Shown: positions 31,494-41,270, counted from the stretch's first letter. The stretch is 64,000 nt of DNA from Bacteroidota bacterium (GCA_021812985.1 JAKAMG010000010.1:7853-71852); one strand, 5' to 3'. Program-made: numbers and translations. The notes: a model not told the origin generated them from the sequence alone.

Positions 31494-32528
31494 TTGAAGA
31501 AGAAGGACATTGCGCGGACCCTTGTCGGGATACTGATTGCGGCCTTCTTCGTGTTCTTCGCCTTCAAGGGGATAGCCTTCCACGCCCTTCTGCGCGACGC
31601 TCTCCGCGCCAACTACTACGTACTTCTCGCCACCGTGGCGGTGGTACTCCTCAGCCACGTTGTTCGGGCCATGCGCTGGCGGGTCATCCTCCAGGAGCTC
31701 AAGGAGGACGTCTCCCTCGTCGACACATGGGGGAGCATAATGGTCGGCTATCTCTTCAACAACTTTGTCCCCCGGCTCGGAGAAATCGTGCGCGCCTACG
31801 CCACCGGCAGGCTTGAGGACATAAGCGTCAGCGGCGTGCTCGGCACGATAGTTCTCGAAAGACTCTTCGACATGCTTTCCGCCGGCATCCTCTTCGGGCT
31901 CGCGCTCTTCATGTATCACGGCAATTTCATCGAGTCGTTCCCGTACCTGCGTCTCGCCGGAGTAATCATGGTCGGCGGCTCGCTCGCGGTCGGGACGGTG
32001 CTCTACGTCGCTTCGGTATCAGAGAAGTTCCAGAGGACATTGATGAGAATCATCGCTGCCGTCCTTCCAAAGAAACTTGCCGGCAAAGCGGAATCGGTAA
32101 TACTCTCTTTCCTGACATCGTTCAAGCTCCTGCGGTCTGGGAAGCGGCTCGCTCTCGCCTCGCTCTACACGGCAATCATCTGGGTCGTGTACGTTTACAC
32201 ACTGTACATTCCTTTCTTCGCCTTCGGATTCGGCGCGAGGCTCCATCTGACTTTCTACGATGCGTTCCTTCTGATACTCGTCACGAGCATAGCGTGGTCT
32301 GTCCCGAGCCCCGGAGGGGCGGGCGTGTACCACCTCTTCGTGTCGCAGGCCCTGATGGCTATATCTGGAGTGCCGAAAGACGAGGCGCTTGCCTACGCGA
32401 CCCTCACCCACCTCTTCGGGTACATTGCCATAACTGTCGTTGGCGGTATCTTCGCGATCATATTTACCCGAAAGTTGAAATCGAGATCGCTCGGTAAACT
32501 CGTGGAGCAGGATACTCCAAGGGAGTGA
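31494..32528 (+). CDS. Lysylphosphatidylglycerol synthase TM (flippase-like, UPF0104) protein
   Basis: RAMRW, NNFVPRLGEIVR, ERLFD, PSPGGAG; about 8 TM helices. Confidence 0.82.
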   Translation: MKKKDIARTLVGILIAAFFVFFAFKGIAFHALLRDALRANYYVLLATVAVVLLSHVVRAMRWRVILQELKEDVSLVDTWGSIMVGYLFNNFVPRLGEIVRAYATGRLEDISVSGVLGTIVLERLFDMLSAGILFGLALFMYHGNFIESFPYLRLAGVIMVGGSLAVGTVLYVASVSEKFQRTLMRIIAAVLPKKLAGKAESVILSFLTSFKLLRSGKRLALASLYTAIIWVVYVYTLYIPFFAFGFGARLHLTFYDAFLLILVTSIAWSVPSPGGAGVYHLFVSQALMAISGVPKDEALAYATLTHLFGYIAITVVGGIFAIIFTRKLKSRSLGKLVEQDTPRE

Positions 32529-32639
32529 AGCGCTTCGACGCGCATGGACTATCCGGCGGGCTTTAAATATACGGCCTCGATTCGAAGGGAACGACCGAAT
32601 CCAGGAAAATGCTCCTCGCGAAATACTACTAAGTGACGT

Positions 32640-33329
32640 CTATTTCTCGATTACGAGAACGAGGTAAGCCGCCCTGTCGAGGAGCTTGTTCGCCGTCCAA
32701 TCAAGTGCCCGCCAGACTCCGAGTGGAAGTTTGTTCAGGATCGGATAAATCCTCATAATGGCGAAGAGTTTACTCCCGAGCAGATACGTCCGCTTCCTTC
32801 CGCCTGCGAACAGGGCCGAGAGCTTGTCGGAGTCGAATGAGTGGAGGTGGGAATTCCAGGGAGTGAGTTTATTGCAGTGGATGCAGAGAGTATATCTGAT
32901 CTTCTCTTTGTAAGGGGTGGTTATGACAGCCGTACCGCCCGGCTTGAGCACCCTAAGCACCTCAGCGGCGGCCGTCTCAGGGTCGTTGAGGTGTTCAAAT
33001 ATCTCTGAAGCTATCACGAAACTAACCGACTCATCCTTGAGCGATAATCGATGCGCATCTGACAAAACAGCTGATGCCTCATCGGAGACGAGATTCTGAA
33101 GGTTCTTTCTGGACAGGTCCATGAAGATCATGCGTTCGTGCGGGATGACTGTCGTCCACCCTCCTCCGCTTCCTATATCGACAACTTCCTTCTGTTCTCC
33201 GGCAAGCTTCACCACAAACTTTCTGAAAAGAACGTCGAAGGCCGAGGCGTGCCTGTCTTCGTTGCTGAAATAATCGAACTCATTACCATCGGTTTCGTAG
33301 TGTGCGACATAATCTTCGCAACGGTTCAT
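32640..33329 (-). CDS. Class I SAM-dependent methyltransferase (type 11-like)
   Basis: VVDIGSGGG, SEIFEHL, RVLKPGG..ITTP; extra CIHC/HLH motif. Confidence 0.8.
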   Translation of the reverse strand: MNRCEDYVAHYETDGNEFDYFSNEDRHASAFDVLFRKFVVKLAGEQKEVVDIGSGGGWTTVIPHERMIFMDLSRKNLQNLVSDEASAVLSDAHRLSLKDESVSFVIASEIFEHLNDPETAAAEVLRVLKPGGTAVITTPYKEKIRYTLCIHCNKLTPWNSHLHSFDSDKLSALFAGGRKRTYLLGSKLFAIMRIYPILNKLPLGVWRALDWTANKLLDRAAYLVLVIEK

Positions 33330-33412
33330 TCTATCCCCTGCCAATCTCGCGTGTAAGCATAGACTATTTCCATTCCTTTGCCTTTACCGGGCTGTGAGGT
33401 GCTGAATTTCAT

Positions 33413-34228
33413 TCAGACCGGCCCTTTGTGCTCTCGGGATGCGACTCGCGCTCCCACATGCGTCGGGGCGGTTTCAGAAGTCACTGTGAGTACTGAGAAA
33501 GGCCTGAAACCTACCCTGTATTTGAAACCGGACAACGTGTCGTGCTCTCTGTCTTCCATCATCAGATAGTTAATGTAGTCAATCCCGTTCTTCATCCCAT
33601 GCCGGACAGACGCAGCGACGAGGCCGTTCATGACGCCCGTATTCAAGTATTCCTTATGCCCGAGTATCCGGTTCACAAAGGCGAAATTGCCACAGACATA
33701 CATCTCAACATAGGCGACAAGCTTATGGCCGACGAACCCGCCGATGTGCAGGATACCGTACGTCGACCTCTCCGCCGGATCCACGCGCTCGGGATAATTT
33801 CTGTAACCTGCAGTCATTCGGTGTCCCTGCCTTGTCTCCGACGACCGATTGATCTCGTAAATGTCATCAAGTCTTTCGTTCCAATCGAATTCCCTGAAAA
33901 CAACGCCCGATCTCTCGGCCTTCCTTATCATGTTTCTTGTCTTTGGACCTACGTCATCGAGATACTGTTCGTAGTTCGATGGGACCCTTATGATGGCCGC
34001 TTCTCGCAAGTGGACTTGCGTCCCATCGACTGATACAGTCCCGGCGAATGTGTCGTCGAGATAACCTCGAAGAAGTGACGCCTGCGCGGGATTGCCGCAA
34101 ACCGGCGACACAACGCGCCCCGTTCGGATATTTTCCGAGTGGAGGACGGCATAGCGTCCTTCATATTTTCTTCTCAACAGGAATCTTGAAATGCCCTTCG
34201 GGGCCAGTTTCCTGATCAGCTTCTTCAA
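33413..34228 (-). CDS. GNAT/FemAB-like fold protein
   Basis: KTRNMIRKAERSGV, C-terminal LSGFKYRVGF; probable TTG start at 34228 behind AAGGA. Confidence 0.6.
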   Translation of the reverse strand: MKKLIRKLAPKGISRFLLRRKYEGRYAVLHSENIRTGRVVSPVCGNPAQASLLRGYLDDTFAGTVSVDGTQVHLREAAIIRVPSNYEQYLDDVGPKTRNMIRKAERSGVVFREFDWNERLDDIYEINRSSETRQGHRMTAGYRNYPERVDPAERSTYGILHIGGFVGHKLVAYVEMYVCGNFAFVNRILGHKEYLNTGVMNGLVAASVRHGMKNGIDYINYLMMEDREHDTLSGFKYRVGFRPFSVLTVTSETAPTHVGARVASREHKGPV

Positions 34229-34342
34229 AAGACTTCCTTTCCTAGCCAGAGAGAATTCATTCGGACAGGGCTGAAAAAATATAACAGCGCGTAAAAAGAT
34301 TAACAATCGGTTAGTGATTCGCGGTCAACATGCCTCGCAGGC

Positions 34343-34384
34343 TTGACTTTTCCTGACCACGTTAGTAAACTCACTTAAGTTTAC
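34343..34384 (+). promoter_or_regulatory. Promoter with overlapping palindromic operator upstream of radical SAM gene
   Basis: TTGACT(34343)-17 bp-TAAACT(34366); perfect inverted repeat GTAAACT-N6-AGTTTAC at 34365-34384. Confidence 0.6.
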
Positions 34385-34534
34385 CGAATATACTTCGGCT
34401 TACATATATACACGGTTTCAGATCGGGGATTCAACAGCACTTTTTCCATATAAATGTGGAGGCAGCAGGCGCGGCGCCTGACTCCGCCGGTGTCCTTTTC
34501 GGTTACGCGTCGAATCATTCGAAAGGAGATAAAT

Positions 34535-35821
34535 ATGGAAAAACCGATTGTCGACCAGAGCGAGCTCTACCGACTGCCATGGACTATGTCTGACAACGGC
34601 ATAACGTGGCTCGAGCCGACGGCGCAGTGCAATCTAAACTGCTACGGCTGCTACAGGAAGAATGTGAAGAATTCACATAAATCGCTCGAAGATGTAAAGC
34701 ATGAGCTCGACTTCTTCCAGTCAATGAGGAAGACGGATTGCATCTCCATCGCCGGAGGCGATCCACTTCTCTACCCGGATATAGTCCCTCTGGTTGCGGA
34801 CATAAAGCGCCGCGGCCTGAAACCGATAATCAACACAAACGGCATAGCCCTCACGAAGGAGCTCCTTCATGAACTCAAGAAAGCGGGAGTCTTCGGCTTC
34901 ACTTTTCATATCGACAGCAAGCAAGGAAGAGGAAGAGAGAAGGAGTGGCTCGGCAAGAACGAGCTCGAGCTGAACGAGCTGAGACTTCATTACGCGGAGA
35001 TGCTCGCCGCCGAGGGAGGGATAGCCTGCTCCTTCAATTCCACCGTTTATGAAGACACTCTTCAGTACGTGCCGGAACTCGTTTCGTGGGCACAGAAGCA
35101 CATCGACATAGTCCACACGATGGTCTTTATCCTTTTCAGGTACATTACCCCCGACACGCCGTTCGACTACTATGCCGGCGACAAACGCGTGGTCATGGAA
35201 GATATCCATTATCACTCGGAACGAAGCGAGGTCACAGACTTGATGGCACCGGATGTCGTCTCGAAGATTCGCGACAAGTATCCCGACTTCCGCCCCGCGG
35301 CTTACCTGAACGGAACACACAGGCCGGACCACTTCAAATGGCTTCTTACGGAAAGGGTCGGAACAAGGGACACGATTTTCGGTTACGCGGGAAATAAGTT
35401 TCTTGAACTAGTCATGACGCTGTACCACTACAAGCACGACAGGTACATATCGTACGCATCGCCCAAGACGCTCGGCCTTGGAAGGACGACGATGCTTGCA
35501 GCGTGGGGAGTCGATAAGGGCATCAGGAAAGCGCTCGGGCGCTACATGAAATACTTGGCTTTGAACCCGATCCGGATTTTCAGGAAGGTGTACATGCAGT
35601 CCATCATGATTATTCAGCCTGTAGACTTGATGCCGAACGGAGACCAAAGCATGTGTGACGGCTGCCCGGACATAACTTACTGGAAAGATGAGAATGGGCG
35701 CGAGCAGCTGGTCTGGTCGTGCAGACTCGAGGAGCTTATGAAGTACGGCGATTTCCTCAGGATGGTGCCAAAGAAGGAAATGGAGGTCGAAGAAGAGAAG
35801 GAGAAGGTGCTCGTCAAATAG
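34535..35821 (+). CDS. Radical SAM protein with C-terminal Cys motif
   Basis: CNLNCYGC, IAGGDPLL, INTNG; C-terminal CDGC..SC; AAGGAG RBS. Confidence 0.88.
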   Translation: MEKPIVDQSELYRLPWTMSDNGITWLEPTAQCNLNCYGCYRKNVKNSHKSLEDVKHELDFFQSMRKTDCISIAGGDPLLYPDIVPLVADIKRRGLKPIINTNGIALTKELLHELKKAGVFGFTFHIDSKQGRGREKEWLGKNELELNELRLHYAEMLAAEGGIACSFNSTVYEDTLQYVPELVSWAQKHIDIVHTMVFILFRYITPDTPFDYYAGDKRVVMEDIHYHSERSEVTDLMAPDVVSKIRDKYPDFRPAAYLNGTHRPDHFKWLLTERVGTRDTIFGYAGNKFLELVMTLYHYKHDRYISYASPKTLGLGRTTMLAAWGVDKGIRKALGRYMKYLALNPIRIFRKVYMQSIMIIQPVDLMPNGDQSMCDGCPDITYWKDENGREQLVWSCRLEELMKYGDFLRMVPKKEMEVEEEKEKVLVK

Positions 35822-35841
35822 GGGTAGCTGTGCGATGGGCG

Positions 35842-35880
35842 GGGGAGCGCCGGACAGAGGGTGCTCCCCTTTTTTTATTT
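35842..35880 (+). terminator. Rho-independent terminator
   Basis: GGGGAGCGCC...GGTGCTCCCC followed by T7. Confidence 0.8.
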
Positions 35881-36108
35881 TCCCGCCAGCGTTGTCCTAA
35901 GGAGTCTGTCTGCATCGTAATTGGGGCTCCAGGTCTGTCTTGAAACACATAGGCACATAAGAACCATATAACCATCGACTCTAAATGGCCGATGAACGAC
36001 ACAACGGCAGACGATCGCGTGCATTTCTCCCTGCCATCATCATTCCTCGAGTTAGTGCGGTCAAGGACTGGAGGGCACGTCAGGCGACCCCGCCTCCATA
36101 GACGACCA

Positions 36109-36667
36109 TCATTTGGCCAACAACATTTTCTTCGTCGAGACATAATTCCCCGGCCACGAGCTTGTAGAAATAAGCCCCGCTTGGCAGCCGTGATCCATCA
36201 AACACCGCCTGATAGTGTCCAGGGGATTTGTCGCCGTTGTCTCCCGAAACGAACACCCCGCCAAAGGTTCCCGCAAACAAATTTGCGCCGTCCGCGCCAA
36301 GGGCATAGACATTCATGTCCGTCAGGCCGGAACTTACTGGAGCCCAACTATCACCATTGTTCGTCGAGAAGAACACTCCGCCGCCCTGACTCCCGGCAAC
36401 CAGATTGGAGTCGCTCACCGCGAAAGCATTTACGTATACGTCTGTCAATCCGGAATTAACTTGAGTCCAGTCGGTGCCGTTGTTCGTGGAACGAAACACG
36501 CCGCTGTAACCTGTACCGACAAAAACGTCAGGGCCCTTCACAGCGATAGCTTTCGGATAAGAATTCGCCACCGCGGAATCTGTCGCCGTCCAATTCGCGC
36601 CGCTATCCGCGAAGAAGAACAGCATGAGTGCGGTGGCTGTAAAGATGACGCGAATCATCCGATTCAT
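36109..36667 (-). pseudogene. Decayed T9SS-sorted BNR/beta-propeller protein (internal deletion plus frameshift)
   Basis: Signal peptide, repeats GVFRSTNNG..W / GVFFSTNNG..W, abrupt join to half a CTD (PGHYQAVFDGSRLPSGAYFYKLVAG); CTD end GNYVSTKKMLLAK* lies in another frame after the C4 run at 36148-36151. Confidence 0.75.
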
Positions 36668-36752
36668 GACTCTTCTCCTTTCGGAAAAGAAAGTATTTTG
36701 AAAATGGAACAGCCCTCGATAATAATCGAAAGAGGTGACCAGCCTTGAAGGG

Positions 36753-37157
36753 CTATTGATGTATGGCGACGGTGTTCGTCTGCGCGCTGTTTACGGATAT
36801 GATGATGTCTGCTGAATCTCCGTACATCTGCTGCCCTGCGAGCATCTCCGCAAGTGCGATTGGGTATCCGGTGTTGGACTGTGGAGCGCCCGTAAAATTG
36901 CGCGGCAGGTAGGCAGGCCAGGCTTCCGCCAACGCTTTCGAGTCATTCAGGTCGGCCCAATCTGCCTGAACCCTGATCGTTTGTGTAGAGCTAACGTAGA
37001 ACCGCCATATGTCCACCGCGTACTGCAGCGCAGTCCCCGCATCGCCGGCCGGAAAGTTGTCTGAATATTGTATGCTCCAGGTCGATGCCATGGTCTTTCC
37101 CAGTTGTTGTCTGAACATGAATATTGGCGGGGGACCGACCTTAGTGAAAGCATTCAC
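36753..37157 (-). pseudogene. Fragment of a secreted zinc metalloprotease-like protein
   Basis: ALQYAVDIW..IRVQADW..RNFTGAPQSNTGYPIALAE..ADIIISVNS resembles the region preceding HExxH in secreted FCB metallopeptidases; stops before any HExxH; in-frame TAG upstream and no signal peptide. Confidence 0.55.
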
Positions 37158-37472
37158 GTTTCCAGGCTGGATACCTGGTGGCCCCTAACCGTCATAGCTA
37201 TCTGAAGTGCCATTGTTGCCTTCTGAACCGTTGCACTTAACGGCGCGTGGTCCCGAGCTCTCACGGATCAGTTTATCAGCTTAAAGAGAGATTGCATACC
37301 CTGCTCTCTTAAATTCGAGAGAAGATATCCACAGCTTAAAGCAAAGGCAAATCTCAGAGTATTTCACCCAAATCTCACTGCTTCATCCAACATCTCCCGG
37401 AGAATGCTTCAGTTTTTTATGATTCCCTTTTCCCATCATTCCAACATTCCCCCACAGGCCATAGCCCAGGCC

Positions 37473-37538
37473 TTACCACCTCGCTTCACAAATCCTTAAC
37501 ATAGCTTTAACGCGCAGGTTACAGCCCGGGGGTAGATT
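37473..37538 (+). promoter_or_regulatory. Pho-box-like direct-repeat array plus -10 element upstream of porin-pstS
   Basis: TTCACA(37485), TTAACA(37496), TTAACG(37507), GTTACA(37518) at 11-bp period; TAGATT at 37533. Confidence 0.7.
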
Positions 37539-37565
37539 AAGAGCAAAAAAGGAGTTACATACCTC

Positions 37566-38603
37566 ATGCGACGAACTTACGCCTTTGCGGCTCTTCTGCT
37601 TTTTGCGGGAGTGTCTTTCGGGCAAAACCTCCCGAAATTTTCTGGACTGTTTTTCGGCGACTACTATTACGTTTTGGGACACGACGCGGCAAACACGTCG
37701 GTCAACCCTACCTCTATCTACTCAACGACCGGTGCATTGACCAAGGACATGCAGGCGTTCGATTACAGGCGTATCTATCTAACCGCCGCTTACGACTTCG
37801 CTCAGGATTTCACAGCTCAGTTCCGGTTTGAGTCGGACCCGAGCGCCTCGAGCCTTCCAAACGGCAAGCTCTCTTCAATGATCAAGGACGCCTTCATCAA
37901 CTGGAAGAACGTCACGGACGGCGGGAACATCATAATCGGTTTACAGGGCACACCCCAGATCAACATGGCCGAGGGAATATTCGGATACAGACCGGTCGAG
38001 AAGACAATCGAGGACCTTCACGGGATTTCACAGTCCAGGGATATGGGGGTGTCCTACAACCAGAAGTTCTCAGATTCGTTTACCGCAGGACTTCTCATTG
38101 GGAATAACAGCGGCAACAGCATACAGACTGCAAATGGGAGATACAAGGCGGCCTATCTTTATCTGCAGTACAACCCAATGAAGGAGCTTACGGTACTTCT
38201 CAACGGCCAGTATAATGGCACGGGTCCCCATGGGTACAACAGAGTTGGGGACATCATCGTCAACTACGCAAACAGCTCATTCAGTCTGGGCGCGCAATAT
38301 TTCTTGAACGGCATAACCGCAGCCGGCGGATCCACACTTGAGCGGAACGGCCTCAGTCTGAACGGATGGGTCTCGCTTGTCGATAACCTTCGCCTCTTCG
38401 CCAGATATGATAATTACACACCGAACGCGAATACAAAGAACACCACGTTCGCGAACAGCAATCAGAACCTCATAATCGGCGGGCTGGACTGGAGTGTCAG
38501 AAAGAACGTTCACTTCATGCCAAATGTTGAGTATGTATCATACGGCATGTCCGGATCTAATCCGGATGTCGTCGCCAAAGCGACTTTCTTCATAAGCTTC
38601 TAA
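37566..38603 (+). CDS. Outer membrane porin, probably phosphate-starvation (OprO/OprP-like)
   Basis: Signal peptide, FDYRRIYL, IKDAFINW, amphipathic beta-strands, C-terminal Phe; directly upstream of pstS. Confidence 0.7.
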   Translation: MRRTYAFAALLLFAGVSFGQNLPKFSGLFFGDYYYVLGHDAANTSVNPTSIYSTTGALTKDMQAFDYRRIYLTAAYDFAQDFTAQFRFESDPSASSLPNGKLSSMIKDAFINWKNVTDGGNIIIGLQGTPQINMAEGIFGYRPVEKTIEDLHGISQSRDMGVSYNQKFSDSFTAGLLIGNNSGNSIQTANGRYKAAYLYLQYNPMKELTVLLNGQYNGTGPHGYNRVGDIIVNYANSSFSLGAQYFLNGITAAGGSTLERNGLSLNGWVSLVDNLRLFARYDNYTPNANTKNTTFANSNQNLIIGGLDWSVRKNVHFMPNVEYVSYGMSGSNPDVVAKATFFISF

Positions 38604-38671
38604 CGGAAAAAGATATCGTGTCAAAAGAGTTATACTTAAACGAATTATACAAAACTAAGAGGAGCACTGAG

Positions 38672-39715
38672 ATGCTTAAAAAAGTTCTTATAGCCGTGGC
38701 TGCCGTTCTAGTGTCCACCGTCATGGTGAGCGCGCAGACGCTGATCAACGGCGCGGGTTCAACCTTCATCTATCCGATGTTTTCAAAGTGGTCTGATGAG
38801 TACCATAAGATGCATCCGGAAGTGGAGTTCAACTACCAGGCCATCGGTTCGGGCGGCGGAATCAACCAGCTCACTGCCGGCACGGTGGAGATTGGCGCAA
38901 GCGATGCCCCGCTGAACGACGAGCAGATAGCGGCTTGTGAGAAGGCGCATGGCCCCGTCGTCCACCTCCCGGAAGCCATGGGAGCAGTCGCAGTTTCTTA
39001 TCACATACCCGGCTACAATGGCATACTCAAGTTCACGGGCCCCGTGATCGCAGACATCTTCCTCGGCAAGATAAAGACCTGGGATGATCCTGCCATAAAG
39101 TCACTTAACCCCGGCGCGAATCTCCCCCACAGGCCGATCATCGTGGTACACCGTTCTGATGGCAGCGGCGACACCTATATCTTCGTCGATTATCTCTGCA
39201 AGGTTTCAAAGGAGTGGAACGACAAGGTCGGCAAAGGAACGAGCGTCAACTGGCCCATCGGCCTCGGCGCGAAGGGAAACCAGGGAGTGACCGGCCAGCT
39301 CGAGCAGATACCTTACTCGATAGGATACGTTACGCTCATCTACGCCCTTCAGAACAATGTTCCTTTCGGTTCGATACAGAACAAGGCTGGTGAGTTCATT
39401 CATCCGACCATACAAAGTGTGAGTGAAGCAGCGGCCAACGCGGCGAAGATCGTCCCGAAGGACCTCAGGTTCTCGATAACTGACGCTCCCGGCAAGACTT
39501 CCTATCCCATCTCCAGCGCCACCTGGCTCATCGTTTATGTCAATCAGACGAACTACCAGGTTGCCAAGGAGACAGTGAAGTTCCTCCACTGGGTCCTTAC
39601 TAAGGGACAAGAGATGGAGCCCGCTCTGGACTACGCCCCCATACCCAAGCCGATCCAGAAGATGGAATTGAACCTTTTGAAGAAGGTTAATTACAAGGGA
39701 AAGAGCCTACTCTAA
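38672..39715 (+). CDS. pstS: Phosphate ABC transporter substrate-binding protein (copy 1)
   Basis: GAGSTF, YQAIGSGGG, GASDAP, HRSDGSGDT, GAKGNQGV, YPISS. Confidence 0.95.
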   Translation: MLKKVLIAVAAVLVSTVMVSAQTLINGAGSTFIYPMFSKWSDEYHKMHPEVEFNYQAIGSGGGINQLTAGTVEIGASDAPLNDEQIAACEKAHGPVVHLPEAMGAVAVSYHIPGYNGILKFTGPVIADIFLGKIKTWDDPAIKSLNPGANLPHRPIIVVHRSDGSGDTYIFVDYLCKVSKEWNDKVGKGTSVNWPIGLGAKGNQGVTGQLEQIPYSIGYVTLIYALQNNVPFGSIQNKAGEFIHPTIQSVSEAAANAAKIVPKDLRFSITDAPGKTSYPISSATWLIVYVNQTNYQVAKETVKFLHWVLTKGQEMEPALDYAPIPKPIQKMELNLLKKVNYKGKSLL

Positions 39716-39746
39716 GACGACGTTTCACATTTCGGGGCAAGAGGAT

Positions 39747-39788
39747 GCGGGGCTCGCGGCCTAAAAACTGCGGCCCCGCTGTTTTTTT
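39747..39788 (+). terminator. Rho-independent terminator after pstS copy 1
   Basis: GCGGGGC..GCCCCGC stem followed by TGT7. Confidence 0.7.
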
Positions 39789-39942
39789 CGGCGGGCCGGC
39801 AACACCGAAATATTTCCGTTTATCCGCCAGAGCACCATTCATGCTTGCATTCCATCAAAGGACACAGACTAAACCCTCGGCGATTCCCATCCGTCGCAGC
39901 CTTTCCCTCGTCATCCGGATATCGGCGTGAGGAGTCGTCCTC

Positions 39943-40007
39943 TTACCCAGCATTTCGCGAAAGCTTAACGTCAGCTTGATGCAGGTTTCACCGGTCGTTG
40001 CTAACTT
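39943..40007 (+). promoter_or_regulatory. Pho-box-like array plus extended -10 upstream of pstS copy 2
   Basis: TT-initiated hexamers at 39943, 39954, 39965, 39976, 39987 (11-bp period); TGcTAACTT with hexamer at 40002. Confidence 0.65.
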
Positions 40008-40090
40008 CATGGTGAGCATAAGGGCAATGTGCGCGCGATTTCCATATTGCACTCTTTAACAACTCATAAAACAATTAGGGAGAAAAGACG

Positions 40091-41137
40091 ATGCTGAATC
40101 GTATTGCAACAGTAAGCGTCGCCGTCATTCTGTCTGTGATGGGTGCTAGCGGACAGACCCTGCTGAACGGTGCTGGAGCAACCTTCCCGTATCCGCTGAT
40201 TTCAAAGTGGTCGGACGAATACCATAAGAAGGAACCGACCGTTCGCGTCAACTACCAGGCCATCGGAAGCGGTGGCGGCATAAGGCAGCTTGTCTCTGGA
40301 ACTGTGGACTTCGGGGCAAGTGATGCCCCGATGACAGAGGAACAACTTGAAGACGCGAGAAGGGCGCATGGCGAAGTCCTGCACATACCGGAAACGCTGG
40401 GGGCGGTCGTCGTTGTCTACAACGTTCCTGGTGTGACGCAGAAATTGAGACTCGACGGGTCTGCGATCGCCGACATCTTCCTCGGCAAAGTTACAACTTG
40501 GGATGACGCAAGAATTAAAGCGCTCAACCCGGATATTAAATTGCCGAACACGAGAATCCTTGTCGTCCATAGGGCAGACGGGAGCGGAACGACCTACATA
40601 TTTGCTGACTACCTTTCCAAGAACAACAGCGAATGGAAGGAGAAGGTTGGCAGATCCACCAGTCTCAACTGGCCCGTCGGCATAGGGGGAAAAGGGAATG
40701 ATGGTGTTTCCAGTCAGGTGTCGCGCTCACCCGGCGCTGTCGGTTACGTGGAGCTTGTTTACGCGCTACAGAACGACATAGCCTTCGCGGACGTCAGGAA
40801 CGCAGCGGGCGAATTTGTCCGCCCCTCGATTCCGGGAGTCACGGCGGCACTTGCCAACGCGTCGAGAACCCTCCCGGAAGATTTGAGGTTTTCAATAACC
40901 AACGCGCCTGGCAAGGAGTCCTACCCAATCTCAAGCGCGACTTGGTTCCTCGTTTACAAGGAGCAGTCAAACCTGGAACGCGCCAAAGCGCTGCTGGAAT
41001 TCATCCGATGGGCAGTGACGGACGGACAGAAGTATTCTGCCTCTCTCGGCTACGCTCCCCTCCCTCAACAGATCCAGAAGCTCAACATTGAGAAGCTGAA
41101 GTCCGTCATGTGCAATGGAAGAGTGATTTTGAATTGA
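40091..41137 (+). CDS. pstS: Phosphate ABC transporter substrate-binding protein (copy 2)
   Basis: GAGATFPYP, YQAIGSGGG, DFGASDAP, HRADGSGTT, GGKGNDGV. Confidence 0.95.
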   Translation: MLNRIATVSVAVILSVMGASGQTLLNGAGATFPYPLISKWSDEYHKKEPTVRVNYQAIGSGGGIRQLVSGTVDFGASDAPMTEEQLEDARRAHGEVLHIPETLGAVVVVYNVPGVTQKLRLDGSAIADIFLGKVTTWDDARIKALNPDIKLPNTRILVVHRADGSGTTYIFADYLSKNNSEWKEKVGRSTSLNWPVGIGGKGNDGVSSQVSRSPGAVGYVELVYALQNDIAFADVRNAAGEFVRPSIPGVTAALANASRTLPEDLRFSITNAPGKESYPISSATWFLVYKEQSNLERAKALLEFIRWAVTDGQKYSASLGYAPLPQQIQKLNIEKLKSVMCNGRVILN

Positions 41138-41231
41138 ACGCTCAGCTGAAGGACAATATGTTTGTCACGTCCGTACGTCTAACGTACAGGTATTCGATGA
41201 GTGATATGAGTGCCGGATGAATTTCAGAGGA

Positions 41232-41270
41232 GCGCTCCCCCGTCCTCTGTTTTAGAGGCGGCGGGAACGC
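41232..41270. terminator. Imperfect hairpin between convergent pstS and sigma54 activator genes
   Basis: GCGCTCCCCCGTCCTCT-GTTTT-AGAGGCGGCGGGAACGC. Confidence 0.4.
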
